Origin: an uncultured virus (IMG/VR IMGVR_UViG_3300029288_000147)
Taxonomy: Duplodnaviria > Heunggongvirae > Uroviricota > Caudoviricetes
Reading direction: 5' to 3' (one strand)
Virus record (IMG/VR): IMGVR_UViG_3300029288_000147
DNA length: 64,000 bases
The first letter of the stretch is position 1, and each line of letters begins with the position of its first letter. Positions 45,183 to 52,622 of this stretch are shown piece after piece. Both the position numbers and the translations under genes were made by a program. The notes under the pieces were generated by a model. It worked only from the letters and a program-made list of their open reading frames with translations. It made no database searches and was not told where the DNA came from.

Positions 45183-45256
45183 CCCCAACAGAAGGATTCG
45201 AACCCTCAACTTTGGTTTTGGAGACCAATGTGTTGCGCAATTGATACCATGCTGGG
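45183..45256 (-). tRNA. tRNA-Trp(CCA)
   Basis: Loop CT-CCA-AA. Confidence 0.82.
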
Positions 45257-45260
45257 ATTG

Positions 45261-45333
45261 TGGCGACTCGCGGTATCGAACCGCGTTCTTTGGATTTTCA
45301 GTCCAACGCAATGACCTCACTTGCTCAGCCGCC
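45261..45333 (-). tRNA. tRNA-Phe(GAA)
   Basis: Loop CT-GAA-AA. Confidence 0.82.
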
Positions 45334-45495
45334 ATTTTTTAAATTAATATTGTGTTGGACCTAAACGTGAACACAACCACGCTTCAATAAAACATCATGT
45401 TGTCATCATGTGCTATCTCTCTGCCGCTCCAGTGACAACCATTACATAATGACTAACTTTATATAATTGGTTGTTTGCGTATTAATTTAAAATTG

Positions 45496-45578
45496 AGGAA
45501 GGTAAGGGACTCGAACCCTTAGACGCTTACACGCCTCCAGTTTTCAGGACTGGTTCCTCATCCAGCCGGATACCTTCC
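45496..45578 (-). tRNA. tRNA-Ser(TGA)
   Basis: Long variable arm; loop CC-TGA-AA (C33). Confidence 0.82.
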
Positions 45579-45586
45579 ATATTTTG

Positions 45587-45660
45587 AGCACCTTATGGGG
45601 TACGATCCCATATAATTAGAGTGGAAGTCTAATATGTTGTTCCATTTACATCAAAGGTGC
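45587..45660 (-). tRNA. tRNA-Gly(TCC)
   Basis: Loop CT-TCC-AC; U73. Confidence 0.8.
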
Positions 45661-46486
45661 GTAAGTTATGCATTTTTATTAATCGACTAACTTGAGTATG
45701 ACTTATATTTAAATCCTCAGCAATTTTAGTAATAGATCCCCACTTTAATTGCTTATTTTTGTTTATAAAATCTATAATATAATTTATTTGATTTATTTTT
45801 ATTTCTTCTCTAATTTTTATACAAGAAGATTTTTTTATTTCTCTTTCTTTTATTTTATTATTTTTTCTTTCAATTCTATGATTAATTATTTGCTGTATTT
45901 CTTTTTCTAAAACTATATGATTTTTGGACGATATTGTATCATTTATTGTTTTTAGAATAAATTTTTCATTAAAACATAAATAGTATGGTATTTCTATTAT
46001 TACCCAACCTCTTTTTTCAAAATAATTATGTCTATTTCTATAATATTCTAATAACTCTCCACTTTTATCATAATGGAAATTTCCATTTATTTCAAATCCT
46101 ATTTTTAATTCTGGAATAGCAAAATCTAATTCATATAATCTGTCATTATCTTGTGGTATATAATATTGATAAAATCTTATGTTTGTTTTTTGTGCTATTT
46201 CTCTAAATCTTTTTTCTGGCTTTGTTTCTTTTTTGGGATTTGGAAATCTATTTTTTATATTTTGTTTTATATATTCTTTTAATTTTTTTGAAATTTTTTG
46301 TTTTGTTTCTTTAGATAGATGCTTACCATACCAATAATTTTTATTACCACTATTAGATTCACTTATTTTTCTTTTATGGTTATATGAAAAAAAGTATTTA
46401 TGTGGGTTTTTGTCACAATGTATAATGTGACCACCCAACTGTTGCTTTTTATTAAATTCTGAATTACAATATTTACATTGATACAT
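45629..46486 (-). CDS. Putative homing endonuclease (C2H2-like finger + NUMOD3 + DUF559 + HTH)
   Basis: CKYC..H..HC; NYWYGKHLSKETKQKIS; YELDFAIPELKIGFEINGNFHY. Confidence 0.78.
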   Translation of the reverse strand: MYQCKYCNSEFNKKQQLGGHIIHCDKNPHKYFFSYNHKRKISESNSGNKNYWYGKHLSKETKQKISKKLKEYIKQNIKNRFPNPKKETKPEKRFREIAQKTNIRFYQYYIPQDNDRLYELDFAIPELKIGFEINGNFHYDKSGELLEYYRNRHNYFEKRGWVIIEIPYYLCFNEKFILKTINDTISSKNHIVLEKEIQQIINHRIERKNNKIKEREIKKSSCIKIREEIKINQINYIIDFINKNKQLKWGSITKIAEDLNISHTQVSRLIKMHNLRTFDVNGTTY

Positions 46487-46492
46487 TAAATG

Positions 46493-46717
46493 CTAATCCG
46501 TTAAACACCATAGATACATATAATATTCTTTTAAATCTAAATCAGCAGCTCTTCTTTTTTTTCTATCAAAAAACGTTTTACCATTTCTACAATAACCACA
46601 ATTCCCTCTTCCACCATGATTTGGGTTTGTTGATCGACATGACCAATCAAATCTCCTTGAATCATAGTATGGTTTTCTCCAATCTTTTCTATTTGGATAG
46701 AGATTATCAAAAGCCAT
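46493..46717 (-). CDS. Small hypothetical protein
   Basis: RKPYYDSRRFDWSCR..HGG..CGYC. Confidence 0.55.
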   Translation of the reverse strand: MAFDNLYPNRKDWRKPYYDSRRFDWSCRSTNPNHGGRGNCGYCRNGKTFFDRKKRRAADLDLKEYYMYLWCLTD

Positions 46718-46750
46718 AAACTACCCTTTATTAAATTATATAAAATATTG

Positions 46751-46821
46751 TAGGCCTGCACGGTATTGATCCGTGTTCAATTGGTTAAAAGCCAATTGCT
46801 TCACCTTAAAGCTTCAGACCC
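46751..46821 (-). tRNA. tRNA-Lys(TTT)
   Basis: Loop CT-TTT-AA. Confidence 0.82.
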
Positions 46822-46852
46822 ATAAAACCAATCTTCAATATCTTTTATCTTG

Positions 46853-46926
46853 AGCAAAGGACGGGAATTGAACCCGCGTAGTCTACCTTGGCAAGGTAGT
46901 GCATAAAGCCTCTCTGCCACCTTCGC
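46853..46926 (-). tRNA. tRNA-Gly(GCC)
   Basis: Loop TT-GCC-AA. Confidence 0.85.
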
Positions 46927-47053
46927 AAATTTATTGGACATTGTAAACCATTGCAATGGGCTTTCTTTTACAATATCACTATAATAATCTCACTTCAGAT
47001 TGGTATGCGCATACCCAGAAAGCTCTCCTTTCAATGAGATTGTTTTATATTTG

Positions 47054-47127
47054 TGGACCTACTGAGACTTGAACTCAGATGCATGGGTTAAAAGCCCATT
47101 CCGTTACTCTTTTACGGGCATAGGTCC
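47054..47127 (-). tRNA. tRNA-Lys(TTT)
   Basis: Loop CT-TTT-AA. Confidence 0.82.
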
Positions 47128-47138
47128 AAATTTAATTG

Positions 47139-47211
47139 CTGCACCGGTCAGACTTGAACTGACATCTCCATGCTTAACAGGCACGTGTTTTAACATTAGT
47201 ACTACGGTGCA
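47139..47211 (-). tRNA. tRNA-Asn(GTT)
   Basis: Loop CT-GTT-AA. Confidence 0.85.
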
Positions 47212-47233
47212 ATATCCCAAAATGACTTCTTTG

Positions 47234-47317
47234 TGGAGCTATGAGATTCGAACTCACGAAAGCACATCATTAATTACTTGATGCCGAATTCCAATTCGTT
47301 TACTTACTATGAGCCCC
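47234..47317 (-). ncRNA. tRNA-like RNA with Ala-type acceptor and no canonical D/anticodon arm
   Basis: GGGGCT..GTGAG-TTCGAAT-CTCAT-AGCTCC-A; G3:U70. Confidence 0.6.
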
Positions 47318-47318
47318 T

Positions 47319-47409
47319 TGGTCACGGTGATCGGACTCGAACCGATTAACAGATGATTAGTCTTACAAGGTTGAAGGCCTTGCTGCTCGTCCACTTTGCA
47401 TTCACCGCG
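47319..47409 (-). tRNA. Atypical tRNA, anticodon TTC (Glu), long variable arm, CCA encoded
   Basis: CAAGG-CCTTCAA-CCTTG; ~19-nt variable region. Confidence 0.7.
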
Positions 47410-47412
47410 ATA

Positions 47413-47664
47413 TTACGTATAAACATCATATGTTTTCTTAAAAATGTCAAGTTTTACAGGATAAAATTCATTATGAATTCCCTTAACAATCATATCATTT
47501 TTGTGTGCAAACATTTCACCTTCTAATGTTTTAATGATAAGATTACCTTTATCATCAAATTTTGCGTGTCTATCAACAAATTCAATAATATCTTGTTTGT
47601 TATTACCAGTCCATTGTAATGCAAAAACAACAATTGGTTTTTTAACGTATCTTTTGGCTTTCAT
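47413..47664 (-). CDS. Conserved phage protein (related to 26366-26650)
   Basis: YVKKPIVVFALQWTG..IKTLEG..GEFYP-like motif. Confidence 0.6.
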   Translation of the reverse strand: MKAKRYVKKPIVVFALQWTGNNKQDIIEFVDRHAKFDDKGNLIIKTLEGEMFAHKNDMIVKGIHNEFYPVKLDIFKKTYDVYT

Positions 47665-47967
47665 TTTATGTTTGGTCCAATATAATATTTTTTGTATTTA
47701 TGAACTAAAGTCTTAAATCTTTTGTTCATATCATTGCTTCTTTTTGAAAAACAACCTTGATCAATATAATATAAAATATTGTATTTTTGTTCTATGGTCT
47801 CAGTTGCATTAGGTAATGCTGATTTTTTTAAGTCTTTTACAAAATCAAACCATTCATCAGGTATACTAGGCGTTGGCATCATTTCCCAATAAAATGCTGG
47901 TATAAATGTATGCTCTACGCCAGATATTGTCTGTTTAAATTTTTTAAAATTATACATATTAATTATG

Positions 47968-48053
47968 CTCCACGATTAGGAATCGAACCTAAGATGAGAG
48001 TTTCCTCTGATTGGTTAACAGCCAATTGCCTTCGTCCGCTCGGCCACCGTGGA
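47968..48053 (-). tRNA. tRNA-Asn(GTT) with long variable arm
   Basis: Loop CT-GTT-AA; variable hairpin AGAG-GAAA-CTCT. Confidence 0.78.
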
Positions 48054-48062
48054 ATAAATTTC

Positions 48063-48208
48063 CGTAGCGGCGGGAATTCCACCCGCTTAAAATAGCTCTC
48101 GAGATACTATTTTTCTGTTAGGCAACAGAATTACCATTATAATCCTTCGGGCGCCTATCTCCTATCTATTATAATGTGTCATAGCTTCTTTACTATGATT
48201 CACGCACG
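48063..48208 (-). ncRNA. Multi-hairpin RNA with tRNA-like acceptor/T-arm end
   Basis: Four AU-rich hairpins then GCGGG-TGGAATT-CCCGC and closing CGTGCG/CGCTACG. Confidence 0.55.
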
Positions 48209-48210
48209 TG

Positions 48211-48282
48211 TGGTAACGAGTGGACTTGAACCACCAACACCCTGGGCTTCAGCCAAGTGCTCTACATTTGAGCTACGTTACC
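48211..48282 (-). tRNA. tRNA-Phe(GAA)
   Basis: Loop CT-GAA-GC. Confidence 0.85.
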
Positions 48283-49259
48283 ATATATTCATTCTTTATA
48301 AGGATTCGGTTTTATGTGGTCACCATATAGTTTATTAATCAAATCCTTAATATATCTATTATTATCACCTTTAATCTTAACTTCTCTATAACAGGGCCAA
48401 TGTCCGTCTTTTAATTGACGATAATAAACTAATTCCCATTCATGTTCAATGCATAAATCTCGTAATTGATCCTCAACTATAAAATGTTCATTTTCAGTTA
48501 AGTATAAGCAAAAATAATGCGCATCTTTCATATAATCAATTTAATATTATTATTTAAATATATCATCCTGACATTTTTGACAAATACCTGAGATTAAATA
48601 TTCTTTTTTTGATAATACATCTCTGAAATCATTCATGTCAATTTTATTGTGACAAAATACGCAAATATTTTCTTTAATGCAATCTGTTAATGATTTGCCA
48701 AAAAGTGTTTCTGAAACTTGGTTACATAATTGTTCAAGTTGTTCTGATTTTTCTTTCATTTTAAAATCCTTTTAATATTGATTTAAGCTATACTTTTGTC
48801 AAAAACTGAGCAAGTAATGTATATCCATTATTAAGTTTAACTAATGCATCTTGATTATTAAATTCTTTTTCTGGTGTATTTTTGACCCATTTACCTTTGT
48901 ATAAAAATGTTTTAACAACATATACTTTATCTGGTGACATATTATGTTTTTTTAAATTTTGTTTAGTTTCTCTATCACCATCAGTCCATAAGTTTTGTCT
49001 AATTTTGACTTTATCTCCTGATTTTAAATTAGTTGTTAATGATTCTTTAATTAAAGATTTTAATTTTACCATTTAATATTCCTCAAATATTATATTTTTT
49101 CTTTCTCTAAGTATTTCATATGCCTTGTCACAATCGATACTATTATCATTTTTTGTAGGTATATTTAAATGGTAAAAATCTAAATATTCTAACAAATCAT
49201 CTTCATCTAATGACCAAATGTCACGGTCATCCATTTGTTCGATTGATGTAAACAACATT

Positions 49260-49679
49260 TTAACCCTCTTTTTTAACTGGCCAATAATAAGGTAAATTAT
49301 CTTTCTCTTTCCAATTAAATTGAGAATACCATTGTAAATTTTTTCTTAAAAGATTTGATCTATGACTTGAGTGTAATTTTTTATTACCAAACCAAAAAGG
49401 ATAATCAAAATAAATATCATAAGGAATATATTTTAATTTGATATTATTAAAACCTTTTAATTGCCATAATTCACATGCATAATTGTAGTAACATTTTAAT
49501 GCATCTAAATTATCTTTCCACATTAATACAGCTGGGTGATTTTTCCATGCATTTGTCTTTTGTTTACCTGACAATATATTAATGATTTGAAAAGCTTCTA
49601 CTCGTTGTTTTCCTAATCGTTTATTATCCAAACAGTCTAATGATAAAAAGAAATCTTCATAAGGAATGAATGTTTGCAT
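49260..49679 (-). CDS. Pyrimidine-dimer DNA glycosylase / MSMEG_6728-like protein
   Basis: MQTFIPY..LDNKRLGKQRVEA..HPAVLMW..HSSHRSNLLRK. Confidence 0.8.
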   Translation of the reverse strand: MQTFIPYEDFFLSLDCLDNKRLGKQRVEAFQIINILSGKQKTNAWKNHPAVLMWKDNLDALKCYYNYACELWQLKGFNNIKLKYIPYDIYFDYPFWFGNKKLHSSHRSNLLRKNLQWYSQFNWKEKDNLPYYWPVKKEG

Positions 49680-49683
49680 AATA

Positions 49684-49713
49684 TAAATATAATAAAATCA
49701 TTTGTCATATAGA
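49684..49713 (-). promoter_or_regulatory. Conserved phage promoter motif, copy 8
   Basis: TCTATATGACA-N13-TATTTA immediately before the ATG. Confidence 0.6.
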
Positions 49714-49764
49714 CATTTTTATTAAGTATAATAAAAACATAAAATTATATATTATTTATATATT

Positions 49765-49973
49765 TATATAGACTATAAGCGGGATTCTGTTTTATGTAAT
49801 TATCTTTCTAAGCCTCTACCAGATTATCATAGGTCTGCTCACCACCTAAATCACTTTGAGTTGCATCCTCAGTAGTATAACGAAATATATATTTCTTCTA
49901 CTTTAAGCAGAGATGTCCCGACTTTCCTCAGATAAAAACTGGAATGTTCCATCTGCAATTACTCGTCTATATA
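49765..49973 (-). ncRNA. rnpB: Minimal RNase P RNA (~210 nt)
   Basis: P1 TATATAGAC/GTCTATATA; CR-I GAGGAAAGTCGGGAC; CR-V AACAGAATCCCGCTTA; P2 GTAATT/AATTAC; P3 CAGAT/ATCTG; P5 CATC/GATG. Confidence 0.85.
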
Positions 49974-50232
49974 ATAAAATATTGTTCTAGCAACTGAACG
50001 TATAGCCTGTTTTCTATACTCACCTCGGTTGGTTACGTGGACTGTAGTAGCATGTCTAAATCACTAACAATTTAATGTAGCCTTGGTAAATGTCCTCTTT
50101 GACATCAGCATGATTTAGCTCCGTTGAACAATATTTATAACTTGTATAATGATTTTGGGCTGACTTTTAAATTACAACCAATACAACACATTTAATAGTG
50201 TCCGCTAATACGCGTTCAAAATCATTATATTG

Positions 50233-50318
50233 TATCCCAGGTGGGAATTGAACCCACACGCCTACTTTATTCGGCACTGGCTCCTAAGGCCAGCGTGTCT
50301 GCGTTCCACCACTGAGAC
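50233..50318 (-). tRNA. tRNA-Leu(TAG)
   Basis: Loop CT-TAG-GA, long variable arm. Confidence 0.88.
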
Positions 50319-50415
50319 ATATACAGTTAACAATCCTAAACATATCCTAGTTGATAATACATATAGACGTCTTATATGTCTCCAACATTACCAGTGCGGT
50401 GTTGTTAACTATTTG

Positions 50416-50491
50416 GGTAGCCGAGGAGATTTGAACTCCCGATCATTGGATTCACAGTCCAAGGTCTTAAACCAACTAAACGACGGCTACC
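50416..50491 (-). tRNA. tRNA-His(GTG)
   Basis: Loop CT-GTG-AA; G-1:C73. Confidence 0.9.
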
Positions 50492-50538
50492 ATGAAATTA
50501 ATCAAAAACTTTTTTAAGAACATCAACCTTCCAAGTTG

Positions 50539-50618
50539 TACCCCCAGAGGGACTCGAACCCTCATTTTTCATTCCAATTACCTGCTTACAGTTTAGAAGA
50601 CTGCGCGGATACGGGGGC
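50539..50618 (-). tRNA. Arm-swapped tRNA-like gene, anticodon TCT (Arg)
   Basis: GCCCCCG-TATCCGC-GCAGT/CTTCTAA/ACTGT-..AATTGGAA..-T arm-TGGGGGT-A. Confidence 0.68.
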
Positions 50619-50625
50619 ATATTTG

Positions 50626-50699
50626 TACTCGAGGAAGGACTTGAACCTTCGATCTTTGCCATGTCAAGGCAACGATTTAGCCAACTAATCTACTCGAGC
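50626..50699 (-). tRNA. tRNA-Val(GAC)
   Basis: Loop TT-GAC-AT. Confidence 0.88.
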
Positions 50700-50951
50700 A
50701 CATAAACAATTACTGTATAGCTATAAAATTTGTGCCATTTCCATCTTCAGGCCATTCAGGAATTTGTTCATGCATTACTTTATGAAAGTTATAAATATTT
50801 CCTTTTTCAAGAAGTAAAAGAGCATCGCAGTGAGGGCAATTAAGTGTAGCACTAATATTCATTAATTCGTTATTATTAATGTCAGTATAAAAACTTTTAT
50901 TGCACTCAGTACAAATAAATTGCATAATTTTTAACCTTTACTTGATTTTAG

Positions 50952-51027
50952 TGGACCTCCTGGGATTCCAACCCAGCTGCTATCTCGGGTGCAAGCCGAG
51001 TGACCACCGCTAGCAGTCCCGAAGCCC
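50952..51027 (-). tRNA. tRNA-Ala(TGC)
   Basis: G3:U70; loop CT-TGC-AC; T loop TTGGAAT. Confidence 0.8.
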
Positions 51028-51348
51028 ATTTTTTAACTATTGCTTATATACAGCCAAAGGTTTATAATCATCCCTATTGGGGTTAATACCTTTTTCTACA
51101 ATATGAATTTCATCAAAATTATTTTCAGGATTGAAACTTTGCGCAAGATTATTTATATCTTCTGCCATTCCTTCCCAATCTAAATCATCTGCATCAAATC
51201 CTTTTTTTACGCTGAAATTAACTGCGAACTGTTTCTTAAAATTTTGAAACTCACCATTCTTTTTTTGCTTTCTTGTCCAAGCTACACATGAAATTAACAT
51301 AGTTTTTTCTCCATTTAACTTTTGATTGATAAAATAGGGTATTTTTTG

Positions 51349-51425
51349 CACCGTATACGGGAATTGAACCCGCCTGATATCCTCCGTGACAGGGAGGCGG
51401 CCACAACCAAGCAGCCCCATACGGT
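51349..51425 (-). tRNA. tRNA-Asp(GTC)
   Basis: Loop CT-GTC-AC. Confidence 0.85.
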
Positions 51426-51433
51426 ATATTTTG

Positions 51434-51503
51434 CTTACATAATAGGATTCGAACCTATACCCCTGAACTAAGGTTCAGTGTGCTTCCATTACACTATATA
51501 TAA
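51434..51503 (-). tRNA. tRNA of undetermined identity (6-nt anticodon loop CCTTAG)
   Basis: Good acceptor, D and T arms; stem CTGAA/TTCAG encloses only 6 nt. Confidence 0.55.
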
Positions 51504-51594
51504 CAATCTTGATAATATTTCGGCAGTATATTATATGATTGTAGGCTGGGTGATAAGTTATTCCCTGCCGAGAAGCGTCTATCACTGTCCCTAG

Positions 51595-51672
51595 TACCCT
51601 TGATAGGATTTGAACCTACATGATTCCAAGTTAATCTTTCTACTCGTTCGTAGCGAGAGGATATACAAGGGC
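51595..51672 (-). tRNA. Arm-swapped tRNA-like gene, anticodon ACG (Arg)
   Basis: GCCCTTG-TATATCCT-CTCG/CTACGAA/CGAG-D-like arm GATT/AACTTGG/AATC-T arm-CAAGGGT-A. Confidence 0.72.
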
Positions 51673-51692
51673 ATATTTACTTAATTAAAATG

Positions 51693-51780
51693 AGCCGGCG
51701 ACAGGACTCGAACCTGCAGTGGACTTTTACATCGGCGGCTTACAAAACCGCTGCCTTCAGCCAATTCGGCTCACGCCGGC
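51693..51780 (-). tRNA. tRNA-Thr(TGT) with long variable region
   Basis: Loop TT-TGT-AA. Confidence 0.78.
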
Positions 51781-52022
51781 AAAATGTTATTATCTTTACA
51801 AACTTTATATAGAAGCTGCTCTAAATTTTCACAATTTTTACCAAACTCAACATATTCTGATGATAATTTTTCGTCATCATCTTTGAAATAACCATGGAAC
51901 ATATAATTATATTTTTCTCCATCATGAGAAATAATCTTTATATTCCAAAATTTATTTGTTATTGCAGCTAAATATTTTCCAATTAATTCATTATTCATTA
52001 TATAACCTTTTTATTTAATTTG

Positions 52023-52094
52023 TCGAGAAAGCTGGATTTGAACCTGCATCTCCGTGCTTCCAGGGCACGAGCTTTAACATTAAGCTACTTCTCG
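52023..52094 (-). tRNA. tRNA-Pro(TGG)
   Basis: Loop CC-TGG-AA (C33, A37). Confidence 0.75.
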
Positions 52095-52100
52095 ATATTG

Positions 52101-52174
52101 AGCTGCCAATGAGAATTGAACTCATATCCTATCCTTACCAAGGACAAATTCTAAACCGATTAAACTATGACAGC
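52101..52174 (-). tRNA. tRNA-Thr(GGT)
   Basis: Loop TT-GGT-AA. Confidence 0.82.
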
Positions 52175-52180
52175 AAATTG

Positions 52181-52256
52181 AGGCCCCAGTAGGAATCGAA
52201 CCTACGAATAGAGAGGTTGCAGCTCTCCGCGTTATAAACCATTTCGCCATGGAGCC
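52181..52256 (-). tRNA. tRNA-Cys(GCA)
   Basis: Loop CT-GCA-AC; U73. Confidence 0.88.
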
Positions 52257-52393
52257 ATATTTTAAATAAATAATTGATCTTCTATATTGTAATTATAGTG
52301 TTTTTTTCTAAAAATACAAATAATAAAGTTTAAAACTTTTTTCAATTTAATTACCAATTTTAATTATACTATATAAGGCAGGAATTTATTGTG

Positions 52394-52466
52394 TGCTTCG
52401 GATGGGACTTGAACCCATAAACCCATGCTTTTGAGACACGTTCCTTTGCCAATTTGGTACCGAAGC
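52394..52466 (-). tRNA. tRNA-Leu(CAA) with short variable loop
   Basis: Loop CT-CAA-AA; 5-nt variable loop. Confidence 0.75.
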
Positions 52467-52499
52467 ATATTCGATTTAGCAGAATCTTTTAAAAAATAT

Positions 52500-52598
52500 C
52501 AACATCCAAGAATAATCATCGTAATATGGATCGTATAAATCATACATCGATTGATAATATAATTCATAAGCAAATAATTCAAGAAATGATTTTTGCAT
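52500..52598 (-). CDS. 32-aa Tyr/Asp-rich small ORF
   Basis: SD AAAGGA; MQKSFLELFAYELYYQSMYDLYDPYYDDYLGC. Confidence 0.4.
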
Positions 52599-52622
52599 TT
52601 TTATTTTCCTTTAAAGATTTTG

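Noticed and set aside
46937..47049. Hammerhead ribozyme (CTGAAG and GAAA present)
   Set aside because: The CUGANGA core is incomplete (CTGAAGT) and the helices do not give the three-way junction.
47319..47409. Selenocysteine or opal-suppressor tRNA (TTCA in loop, long arm)
   Set aside because: Loop register gives TTC, not TCA, and the acceptor stem is 7 bp rather than the extended Sec fold.
51434..51503. Ochre suppressor (TTA in loop)
   Set aside because: The loop is only 6 nt and TAA is the dominant stop codon; identity cannot be assigned.
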